From: a virus
DNA: 64,000 nt
Virus record (IMG/VR): IMGVR_UViG_3300032291_002550
Span: 64,436-128,435 of that record
Reading direction: 5' to 3' (one strand)
Below, one piece after another: positions 51,194-59,042 of this stretch. The notes under the pieces were generated by a model that did not search any database, had not been told where the DNA came from, and worked only from the letters and a program-made list of their open reading frames with translations. The translations under genes and the position numbers were made by a program. The stretch's first letter is position 1; every line of letters starts with the position of its first letter.

Positions 51194-51483
51194 GAAAAAA
51201 CCATTACAAACTCGGACAAACAATTGTATTTATTTGGTCTGGCAAAAGACGTATGGGTGTAATTGAAGAACGCAGGCCAAAAAATAAAAAAATATTCTAT
51301 AACGTACGCGGCGATGATGGTAAGCTTTATGAAGGAATGTACGTTGATGATTCAGAAGTAGCAGCAATTCTTTCTTATGAAACTAGAATTGTTAATGAAT
51401 CAATGGAAAAGAAAAAATTATCTAAAACCGAACCGGAACTAGAAGAATTCGAAAGTTTAGATGATAATTTTGAAGATAACTAA
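51178..51483 (+). CDS. hypothetical protein (SH3-like)
   Basis: ORF track. Confidence 0.55.
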   Translation: MAGRVRKNHYKLGQTIVFIWSGKRRMGVIEERRPKNKKIFYNVRGDDGKLYEGMYVDDSEVAAILSYETRIVNESMEKKKLSKTEPELEEFESLDDNFEDN

Positions 51484-51499
51484 TAATTATCTTTAATAT

Positions 51500-51857
51500 G
51501 GGGGTGAATGGATTTGACAGGAGTGGTCAGCCAATTAACGATTATGCGATGGGTGATATCTTACATCTAAATGAATATCAAAAACAAACGCAAACAAAAA
51601 CATCATTAGCCAAGATTCTAGGAATTTCGCTAATCAAGTAGAAGCAAAGATCATTTCTTTAGTTAGAAACGAATACGTAGCAATTGCAGCTTAGTAATAA
51701 GCAAAGAGTTTAATCAAACTTAAAATGATTTGGTGGTAGTTGACCTTAATCGGTTAGCCCGTTTGAAGCATTACAAATTAAAAGAAATGCAAATCAAGCA
51801 TATTAAAGTCGTTAGTAAGCAGCTAGCTGGACCGGGGTTCGAAACCCCGCACCTCCA
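51500..51857 (+). ncRNA. ssrA: tmRNA
   Basis: GGGGGTG/CACCTCC-A acceptor with G3:U70, GGATTTGAC 5' motif, T-arm CGGGG-TTCGAAA-CCCCG; tag frame 51590-51694 ending VAIAA-stop. Confidence 0.9.
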
Positions 51858-52092
51858 CTTAGGTCCTTTTTTGAAATTGGGCAAAAATAAAAAATCTTTT
51901 AAAAAAAAATAAAAAAAGATTAGGAAATTTAAAATGTTTTTCTTATATTTAAGTATATTAAAAAATAAGAAATAAGTAAGAAAATAAAAAAATCTTTAAA
52001 AAAATAAAAAAAAAGGTTGTTTATTTGAAATATTTATCTTATATTTAAGTATATTAGAAATTAAGAAAATAAGATTCGTTCTTTGAAAATAT

Positions 52093-52974
52093 TATTATCC
52101 ATTTAATCATCTCCTTGAAAGCTTCGGTTGGATTGGAGAGGGTTAATAAATGATAATCGGTGGCATATAATCGTTAAATAAACTACGAAAGTAGTATAAA
52201 GTGAATTGGTTTGACTGAACCAGTTTGCGGTTCCGAAAGGAGCTTAAGTATGCAAGTGAGATATCATTAAACCTTTAGTATCGAGGGTAACACTATAGAG
52301 AATGTGGTTTAGTGACTAGCCTATGTGGGTAGGTTAGTTGAGTTCGGAAGAACAATAAAAATAACTCATAGAATATTTGCAAAAAATATACTTATCCAAG
52401 TATATTATTGCGTTATTCAATATAAGAGAAATCTTAAAACCGAAAGGTATGTAGATGTACAGGTGGTGCTGTTATTTACCTTATTTATAATCTACCAAGG
52501 TTATTTATTCGAAGAATTCTTAAAATATGAGGATGGGGACATCCTAGAGAGTAGTTAAGTATCTGCCCTGACAAAATTAGGGTTGGCTTATTGACAGGCC
52601 ACTACTTTCAATCATCCACAAGTCACAAACTTATTTGCATTATGATTGCAAAATCTAAAAATAAATAAGCAAAAGTGCTTGTCAGCTACGGACGAAAGAT
52701 GCCTACATAGTAATGAGTTGTTCATTGCCACTAAAGGTCGCAAGCCAATAGTGATTTTACGGAAAAGTTTATAGTCCCGCAAGGATTAATCAGGTCGGCA
52801 GATTTGAATAGATAGAGTAAATAGAGAGTAGTCCAAATAAATGTAGCTTAAAGAGTGGTTCACTTAAATAACCGGCATTGCTAGAATAGATTTCAAAAGA
52901 ATCTGGACAAATTGGGAAAACAAAATAATCCAATAAAAGATTTAGCATTTAAAGGTATAGTCTCAGCCTTATTT
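52093..52974 (+). ncRNA. large structured RNA, probably GOLLD
   Basis: ~880 nt non-coding after a promoter and boxA-like site; many GAAA/GCAA-capped hairpins; 3' AAGG...TCTCAGCCTT; directly upstream of the tRNA array. Confidence 0.65.
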
Positions 52975-52991
52975 AAAATAAAATATTAGAT

Positions 52992-53063
52992 TGCGGGTCG
53001 GAGAAATGGTAACTCATTGGGCTCATAACCCAAAGATCGCTGGTTCGATTCCAGCACCCGCAA
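52992..53063 (+). tRNA. tRNA-fMet(CAT)
   Basis: cloverleaf; GGG/CCC anticodon stem. Confidence 0.85.
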
Positions 53064-53116
53064 CAAATTTAACATTTCTGGAGTGAAAACTTAACCAGAG
53101 GCATATTTATTAATAT

Positions 53117-53239
53117 ATGAAATCGAATAACATACATACATTATCTATTAAAGGGTTTAGTAACCCCGTTAACGGCCAAGCTTATTGGACGCTAATGAAT
53201 GATGTTGAATGTGTACATAATCGAGGAATTCGTATATAA
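53117..53239 (+). CDS. putative 40-aa leader peptide
   Basis: MKSNNIHTLSIKGFSNPVNGQAYWTLMNDVECVHNRGIRI; followed by terminator. Confidence 0.4.
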   Translation: MKSNNIHTLSIKGFSNPVNGQAYWTLMNDVECVHNRGIRI

Positions 53240-53277
53240 AAAAGAAAATAAAATTAACTTTTTTACATATTAATATT

Positions 53278-53310
53278 TAAACCTCGGACATAAAATCCGG
53301 GGTTTTTTAT
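53278..53310 (+). terminator. intrinsic terminator
   Basis: ACCTCGGA/TCCGGGGT stem plus T run. Confidence 0.75.
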
Positions 53311-53533
53311 TGTATATGGGGGTTAAAGTTAATCGTATACGAGCTTTAATTAGTATTTAGATATAATATACCTAAATAAATTATAAGCGCTTATATGAGC
53401 CTTTAAAATGCTTTATATAAGTAATTGATTTATAATAAGATATAAAGTATTGAAAATCAATTAGAAAAAATAAAAAAAAGATTAGGAAATTTGAAATATT
53501 TTTCTTATCTTTATGTATAGGAAATTAATTAAT

Positions 53534-53606
53534 GGGGTAGTAGCAAAAATGGTTTATGCGCTGGTCTGAAAAACCAGAGATATTGGATCGATACCAATCT
53601 ACCTCA
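53534..53606 (+). tRNA. tRNA-Phe(GAA)
   Basis: cloverleaf; atypical T-loop ATCGATA. Confidence 0.8.
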
Positions 53607-53617
53607 CAAAAAAATAT

Positions 53618-53689
53618 ACGGCGCAGCATTAGGATGCAGCAGGTCTCCAAAACCTCGCACAGAGATGGGTTCGATGCCCTCGCGCCGTG
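53618..53689 (+). tRNA. tRNA-Trp(CCA), atypical
   Basis: ACGGCGC/GCGCCGT acceptor, CT-CCA-AA loop; short D-arm. Confidence 0.65.
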
Positions 53690-53694
53690 CAAAG

Positions 53695-53765
53695 ATAACA
53701 TAGTAAGTAAGATAGTTACTTCGTTTTTGGATATGATAAAATACTATCTTCAATAATCTTGTTAT
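53695..53765 (+). ncRNA. minimal Y-RNA-like element
   Basis: same TAGTAA...stem-TACTTC...stem-CAATAATC architecture as the elements after the TROVE gene. Confidence 0.6.
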
Positions 53766-53770
53766 TAATT

Positions 53771-53842
53771 TGGGATATAGCTCAGAGGTAGAGCGCTGAC
53801 CTGTTAAGTCAGATGTCGAGATTTCGAAATTCTCTATCCCAG
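53771..53842 (+). tRNA. tRNA-Asn(GTT)
   Basis: cloverleaf. Confidence 0.85.
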
Positions 53843-53853
53843 CAAATAAATAA

Positions 53854-53925
53854 GGGACGACGCCCAGGGTTGGTCAGACGGTCTGTAAAACCGAACTGCA
53901 TAGTGCTCGAGTCACTTCCGTCCCA
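53854..53925 (+). tRNA. tRNA-Tyr(GTA), atypical (no long variable arm)
   Basis: CGGT-CTGTAAA-ACCG anticodon arm; degenerate D/T arms. Confidence 0.55.
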
Positions 53926-54014
53926 CAAAATTAAAATAAAATGAAACGAAAACCTTAAAGGTATGAGTTGCATCAAGGATGAGCTTATACGTAAAATTGA
54001 ATTAAATACAATAT

Positions 54015-54089
54015 GCGCTTGTAGCTCAGCTGGATAGATGCACTCGGCTTTTAACCGAGGGGTCGTTGGTTCGAACCCAACCAGGCGCA
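54015..54089 (+). tRNA. tRNA-Lys(TTT)
   Basis: cloverleaf. Confidence 0.85.
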
Positions 54090-54098
54090 CTAAGTAAT

Positions 54099-54171
54099 AC
54101 TCTTGTAGCTTAATTGGTAGAGTACCTGACTCTTAATCAGGGGGTTAAAGGTTCAAGTCCTTTCGGGAGTA
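54099..54171 (+). tRNA. tRNA-Lys(CTT)
   Basis: cloverleaf. Confidence 0.85.
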
Positions 54172-54207
54172 CAAATTTTAATTGTTATTTGACATATTGT
54201 AATAAAC

Positions 54208-54281
54208 AGGATCATGGTTGAATGGTTTACAATGCCGGCTTGTCACGCCGTGTGGTGCGGGTTCGAATCCCGTTGGTCCTG
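54208..54281 (+). tRNA. tRNA-Asp(GTC)
   Basis: cloverleaf, G73. Confidence 0.85.
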
Positions 54282-54291
54282 CAAAATAAAT

Positions 54292-54364
54292 AGCGTAGTA
54301 GCCTAATGGTTGAGGTACTTCATTTGGGATGAAGACGATGTCGGTTCGAGTCCGGTCTACGCTA
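54292..54364 (+). tRNA. tRNA-Pro(TGG)
   Basis: cloverleaf. Confidence 0.85.
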
Positions 54365-54369
54365 CACAT

Positions 54370-54487
54370 GGGGGAGACGCAAAACAAAACATGTTTAAGC
54401 ATTCTCTAGAAATAGTAGTAAATAAACATCTACATCGCAATTAAATCGGAAATTAATCAGTGCCCTTAAGAAAGGCCTCCCCCACCA
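54370..54487 (+). ncRNA. unknown RNA with acceptor-like stem and encoded ACCA end
   Basis: GGGGGAG/CTCCCCC-A-CCA; no D-arm or anticodon arm. Confidence 0.5.
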
Positions 54488-54533
54488 TATTAAACTAATT
54501 AGGCGAAGTTTTGAAAATTTAGGTAGCCTCCAT

Positions 54534-54605
54534 GCGGGTATAGCACAATGGTCAGTGCTCGGGTCTTCCAAACCTGAGATCTCAGTTCGAGTCTGAGTAT
54601 CCGCT
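54534..54605 (+). tRNA. tRNA-Gly(TCC)
   Basis: cloverleaf, U73. Confidence 0.85.
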
Positions 54606-54705
54606 CGCTTTCATGAATAAGTTAGCAGCATAAACAATTGACGGAATGCTGTAAGTCTTAATGACTTTGGAGACGCGAAGTACAGTAACGTCTCCTAAAT
54701 TTTTT

Positions 54706-54779
54706 GGGTCATTGGTGAAGTTGGCGATCACAGGAGTTTTGCAAACTTCAGTCTCGAGTTCGAAGCTCGAATGTATCCA
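54706..54779 (+). tRNA. tRNA-Ala(TGC)
   Basis: cloverleaf with G3:U70; one bulge in acceptor. Confidence 0.75.
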
Positions 54780-54845
54780 CGATAGTGTTAAGGTGTACAC
54801 AAAAAAACACTATTCCTCGAACTAATCGGAAGGTTAGTAAGATGA

Positions 54846-54918
54846 AGTCATAAAGTAATTAATGGTAATTATTCCGGACGGCCTTCGGAGGGTGTTGGTT
54901 CAATTCCAGCTATGACTG
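54846..54918 (+). ncRNA. tRNA-like RNA with non-canonical anticodon loop (ACGGCCT)
   Basis: AGTCATA/TATGACT acceptor, 6-bp D-stem, T-arm. Confidence 0.55.
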
Positions 54919-54926
54919 CAAAAAAT

Positions 54927-55000
54927 GCCGAGTTGGTAGAGTTGGTTTCTTACGGAGCTCTCATAAGGCTTAGACAACAGTTCGAATCTGTTACTCGGTA
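54927..55000 (+). tRNA. tRNA-Met(CAT)
   Basis: cloverleaf. Confidence 0.8.
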
Positions 55001-55207
55001 CAATATTCATTATTAAGTAATTATATTATATTAATAATCAATGAAATAATTTTAAAAAAAGATTAGGAAATTTGAAATATTTTTCTTATCTTTATGTATA
55101 GGAATTAAGAAATAAGATAATAAAATCTTTAAAAATAAATAAAAAAAAGGTTGTTTATTTGAAATATTTTTCTTATCTTTATGTATAGAAAAAATTATTA
55201 ATTAAAT

Positions 55208-55279
55208 TCTCTCTTCGTCTAATTGGCAGGACAAATGGTTTTGAGCCATTGAATCGAGGTTCGAACCCTTGGGAGAGAA
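55208..55279 (+). tRNA. tRNA-Gln(TTG)
   Basis: cloverleaf, U1:A72. Confidence 0.85.
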
Positions 55280-55288
55280 CATTATATT

Positions 55289-55362
55289 GGACCTTTAGCT
55301 CAATTGGTTGGAGCAGCTCGCTCATAACGAGAAGGTTATAAGTTCGAGTCTTATATGGTCCA
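55289..55362 (+). tRNA. tRNA-Ile2/Met(CAT)
   Basis: cloverleaf; GGACC acceptor resembles Ile2. Confidence 0.75.
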
Positions 55363-55368
55363 CAAATA

Positions 55369-55537
55369 ACGGCATTGTCTTTGGGACAAATATAGTTTCA
55401 ATTATTATTAATATAAGTAATAAATTAGCTACTTATGAAAGTATTAATTATAGTGAATAGGGAAGTAGATGTATCTTAAGAAGGCATTGATGACCTGATA
55501 AAGTATATCAGTTGGGTTCGAAACCTAAAATGCTGTC
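55369..55537 (+). ncRNA. extended tRNA-like RNA (~170 nt)
   Basis: ACGGCAT/ATGCTGT acceptor, GTC-TTTGG-GAC hairpin, T-arm TTGGG-TTCGAAA-CCTAA, ~110-nt insert. Confidence 0.5.
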
Positions 55538-55549
55538 AATAAAATAAAT

Positions 55550-55623
55550 GTTCCGTCGGACAAATTGGTTAAGTCGCCTCCCTTTCAAGGAGGAGATTGC
55601 GAGTTCAAATCTCGTACGGAATA
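55550..55623 (+). tRNA. tRNA-Glu(TTC)
   Basis: cloverleaf. Confidence 0.85.
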
Positions 55624-55693
55624 CTATGATTAGGACACTGCAATGTCTATTTCAGAGCCAATAAAGTTTTCTTGCAGGTTAACTTAGTTGGTC

Positions 55694-55767
55694 GAAGCGT
55701 TGTTCTAGTCTGGTTCAAGGCACTCCCGTGGAAGGGTGAGACATAGGTTCGAATCCTATACGCTTTA
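55694..55767 (+). ncRNA. tRNA-like RNA with irregular (8-nt) anticodon loop
   Basis: GAAGCGT/ACGCTTT acceptor, canonical T-arm; CACTC-CCGTGGAA-GGGTG. Confidence 0.55.
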
Positions 55768-55776
55768 CAAAAATAT

Positions 55777-55849
55777 GTCGATGTGGATGAATGGTTTAGT
55801 CACCAACCTGATAAGTTGGTCAATGTGAGTTCAAATCTCACCATCGATA
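55777..55849 (+). tRNA. tRNA-Ile(GAT)
   Basis: cloverleaf. Confidence 0.85.
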
Positions 55850-55855
55850 CAATAA

Positions 55856-55929
55856 GCCTGATACGCACGAATGGTGGTGCACCTGATTTGTAACCAGGAA
55901 TAGAGTCGGTTCGATTCCGGCATTAGGCT
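55856..55929 (+). tRNA. tRNA-Thr(TGT)
   Basis: cloverleaf. Confidence 0.8.
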
Positions 55930-56056
55930 CAATATCGCCTTTACTAAGGAAATGCCGGTACAGTCCGTGCTATGTTAGGTAATTCTTTTGAACGTGAAAA
56001 AGAAGGAGATTAACATTGGTTGAGAATAAGACATAATGGTCTCACTTGACCGCCAC

Positions 56057-56132
56057 AGTCGCTTCGCTTAGTTGGTTTTAAAGCGCCACTCTTACAAAGT
56101 GGAGATCATTGGTTCGAATCCAATAGTGACTA
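56057..56132 (+). tRNA. tRNA-Val(TAC)
   Basis: cloverleaf. Confidence 0.85.
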
Positions 56133-56143
56133 CAAAAAATAAT

Positions 56144-56227
56144 GGAGAGTGTCCGGCTGGCGCGAGGAACTTGTCTTGAAAACAAGCGGGTGTAAAAGCT
56201 TCCGGGGTTCGAGTCCCTGACTCTCCG
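56144..56227 (+). tRNA. tRNA-Ser(TGA)
   Basis: type II cloverleaf, G73. Confidence 0.85.
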
Positions 56228-56274
56228 CAATATGAAAAAAGTAAATGACTTCTATTAGGTAATCCTAATAGAAT

Positions 56275-56499
56275 ATGTCAAAAAATAGAAACAGAGCAAA
56301 ACTGAACAAAGCACAAAACGGTAATGAATATCGTAAAATTATGTTGAATATAGAATATCCAATATATTGGGATGAAGGATTATTATTTTATCCACAATAT
56401 AAAAGAGGATTCAAAAATTCAAATAGAAGTATATTACGTTACCAAATGAGAAAATACCGAACTTGGAAACATAATAGATTAAACCAATGGAAAGAATAG
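56275..56499 (+). CDS. hypothetical basic protein in tRNA array
   Basis: ORF ending RTWKHNR..QW. Confidence 0.6.
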   Translation: MSKNRNRAKLNKAQNGNEYRKIMLNIEYPIYWDEGLLFYPQYKRGFKNSNRSILRYQMRKYRTWKHNRLNQWKE

Positions 56500-56684
56500 C
56501 AGATGCACAAATAACTTTAATAAGAGAAACTCTTATAGGTAAAAAAATTAAAGTACGTGGAGTTATAGGCATTTGTGAATACTTTGGTTATAATGATTGG
56601 TTTCCTAACTGGAAGTTACAAGTAACAATTGGTAGAATGCCAATTCCTTATTTGGAACTTTCTGATATAGAGTTGGTAGATTAA
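56487..56684 (+). CDS. hypothetical protein
   Basis: ORF track. Confidence 0.55.
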   Translation: MERIADAQITLIRETLIGKKIKVRGVIGICEYFGYNDWFPNWKLQVTIGRMPIPYLELSDIELVD

Positions 56685-56692
56685 TATTTATC

Positions 56693-56765
56693 GGGCGTGT
56701 GTCTGAGTGGTTTAAGTGCCGGTCTGCAAAATCGTGCTACATTGGTTCAAATCCAATCGCGCCCT
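56693..56765 (+). tRNA. tRNA-Cys(GCA)
   Basis: cloverleaf, U73. Confidence 0.8.
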
Positions 56766-56873
56766 CAATTTAAATGAAAATAAAGAGTAAATTAACTATA
56801 AGGCATTAGGGTAGTTAATAGAACATAAACCTTTACTAGTAAGTCAGAGCTCTGATAATACCTATACCGCAAT

Positions 56874-56964
56874 GGAGAAGTAATGTCATAATTGGTATTG
56901 CAGCTGTTTGCTAAACAGTTCATCGTCGAAAGAGGGTGTGTAGGTTCGAGTCCTATCTTCTCCG
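56874..56964 (+). tRNA. tRNA-Ser(GCT)
   Basis: type II cloverleaf. Confidence 0.85.
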
Positions 56965-57006
56965 CAAAAAAATTAAGAATCGTCAATTAAAAATTGTACT
57001 AAGTTT

Positions 57007-58653
57007 ATGTCAAAGTTCAGAAACGCAAAGTTAGCATCTACAGTAGGTGCATTGCAACCAAAATCAAATTTAGTAGCAGCAGCTGCAATACCAGCTCCTA
57101 ATACTACAAACATTCAAGGTCACAAAGCTTATACTCAAGATAAGTGGCTTAGGTTATTAACCATGCTTAATACTTTAAAATTAGAAAATCAATTTTATCG
57201 TAACGAAAGCAAAACAGCATTAGAGTTAAAATCATTAATTACCGATTGTGCTCATTCCGACCCATATTTTACAGCGCAATGTATTGTATATTCTCGTTGT
57301 ATGGGAGAAGGTATGCGTTCAATCAATCATTTAGCAGCTGTTTACTTAGCTCCATACCTTGCTGGCCAAGATTGGGGTAAAAGATTCTATGCTTCATGGA
57401 ATAAGAAAGATTTAAAAGGCGGAACGGTATTTCGTCCGGATGATATTTCTGAAATGGTTGCAGCATATAGCGCATTAAATATTAATCCTGAGACTAATAA
57501 ACCATTTGCGATTACAAATGCAATGAAGAAAGGATTTAAGTCTGCAATTGAGTCTATGGATTCATATAGTGTTCTTAAATATAAGAGTTCGTTGTTAGAT
57601 ATTATTAATCTTGTTCACCCTAATCCAGCAGAATCTAAAGCATTCGTTAGATATGGAGATAAGAAAGTTTCAGTATTTGAAGCTGTCATGAAAGGATATA
57701 ATGTATCAGCTGATACTTGGGAAGTAGCTCAATCAGATGCCGGGCAAATAGTTGCAAAGGCTGTTAAAGAAGGAAAGCTTTCAAAAGAAGATGCAGAAGT
57801 AGTTTTACGTGAAGCAAAGGCTGAAAATTGGGAGTCAATGTTAGTTGATGGTAAATTAGGTATTTTAGCTGCATTACGTAATATACGTAGTATTTTATTA
57901 GCTAAATCTAATTCGAATACAATTGACTTACTTTGCAAATTAATATCAGACCCTGAAGCTATACGTAAAGGTAAAATAATGCCTTTCCAAATAGATATGG
58001 CAAATGAAGTATTATTAGCAGAATTTAGCGATTCTAATGCTCGTAAAATTTCAACAGCCCTTTTAAAGGGTTATGAATTAGCATTACCGAATTTAGCTGA
58101 ACTATTATCGGGAGATACATTAGTAATGGTAGATTTTTCTGGTTCTATGTCTTCAATTGTTACAGACCCGACTCGTAAGATGCGTTATAAAAGCTCAGCA
58201 ATGACTAAGGCTGCATTAATTGCTGCTACAATTGCTAAAGCAACTAACGGAGATATAATTCGTTTTGGTTCTAGTGCTGAATATGTAAATTACAATCCTA
58301 ATTTAGATGTATTTACATTAGCTAATTCGATTAAGAAAGAAATGGGTGGTACATCATTGTCTATGGCATGGAATTGCGCAAAAAACTCTAAAAAGAAATA
58401 TACAAGAGTATTTATTCTTTCAGATAATGAATGTAATGTAGGCTCTACATATAAATTTTATTCAGAGTACGTTGAAAGCGTTGGCGACCCATATGTATAT
58501 TCGGTAGATTTAGCTGCTTATGGTACAAATTGCATTGCAGGTCCAAAAGTTCGTTATTACTACGGGTTTGGGTATTCTATGTTTGATGATATTGCATCTA
58601 ATGAATTTAATGCAAATTATCACTTAGAAAAAGTAAAGAAAATTCAAATTTAA
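57007..58653 (+). CDS. rsr: Ro60/TROVE domain RNA-binding protein
   Basis: helical TROVE region (RPDD, AMKKG, HP.P, TWE, ALRNIR, MPF) plus C-terminal VWA (DFSGSM, ILSDNE, DLAAYG). Confidence 0.85.
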   Translation: MSKFRNAKLASTVGALQPKSNLVAAAAIPAPNTTNIQGHKAYTQDKWLRLLTMLNTLKLENQFYRNESKTALELKSLITDCAHSDPYFTAQCIVYSRCMGEGMRSINHLAAVYLAPYLAGQDWGKRFYASWNKKDLKGGTVFRPDDISEMVAAYSALNINPETNKPFAITNAMKKGFKSAIESMDSYSVLKYKSSLLDIINLVHPNPAESKAFVRYGDKKVSVFEAVMKGYNVSADTWEVAQSDAGQIVAKAVKEGKLSKEDAEVVLREAKAENWESMLVDGKLGILAALRNIRSILLAKSNSNTIDLLCKLISDPEAIRKGKIMPFQIDMANEVLLAEFSDSNARKISTALLKGYELALPNLAELLSGDTLVMVDFSGSMSSIVTDPTRKMRYKSSAMTKAALIAATIAKATNGDIIRFGSSAEYVNYNPNLDVFTLANSIKKEMGGTSLSMAWNCAKNSKKKYTRVFILSDNECNVGSTYKFYSEYVESVGDPYVYSVDLAAYGTNCIAGPKVRYYYGFGYSMFDDIASNEFNANYHLEKVKKIQI

Positions 58654-58750
58654 TTTGGAATTTTAAAATATTTATATTATATTTAAGTATAGGTTAGGAG
58701 GTAATCCTAACTTATATTTAAAAATAAATCGTTCTTTTAAATAAAAATAT

Positions 58751-58899
58751 TAGTAAGATAGTAATGTTGTAAGTTACTTCGCATATTGGTTCGATTCCAA
58801 TATTTTCCGCCAACAATTGGAAAATTAGACAAACGGTTAAGTCAAAACTCTTATAAAGTTTCATAGAAAAACACACTTACTCAAATAATCTTCTTACTT
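58751..58899 (+). ncRNA. Y RNA (YrlA-like) with circularly permuted tRNA domain
   Basis: AGTAAGA/TCTTACT and GTAAGT/ACTTAC stems; inside, T-arm, ATTTTCC-GCCA-linker-GGAAAAT, D-arm, anticodon arm (CTTATAA). Confidence 0.75.
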
Positions 58900-58906
58900 A
58901 AAATAT

Positions 58907-59038
58907 TTACTAGTAGTAATAGGTAATCGTTACTTCGAAAATTAGCTCAGTTGGTTGAGCGTTTATATGCTAAATAAAAGGTCGTTGGTTCAACTCCAAC
59001 ATTTTCAATCAAATCACGATCCTAACTTTCTCTAGTAA
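58907..59038 (+). ncRNA. Y-RNA-like element with unpermuted tRNA domain
   Basis: TTACTAG/CTAGTAA and ATCGT/ACGAT stems enclosing a cloverleaf at 58937-59006 (loop ATGCTAA). Confidence 0.7.
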
Positions 59039-59042
59039 TAAT

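Noticed and set aside
52093-52974. rRNA fragment or RNase P RNA
   Set aside because: I recognised no universal rRNA motifs and no RNase P GAGGAAAGTCC core.
51730-56986. ORF-track entries 51730, 52325, 53556, 53809, 54178, 54582, 56792
   Set aside because: They overlap tmRNA, the large RNA or tRNAs and have no protein features.
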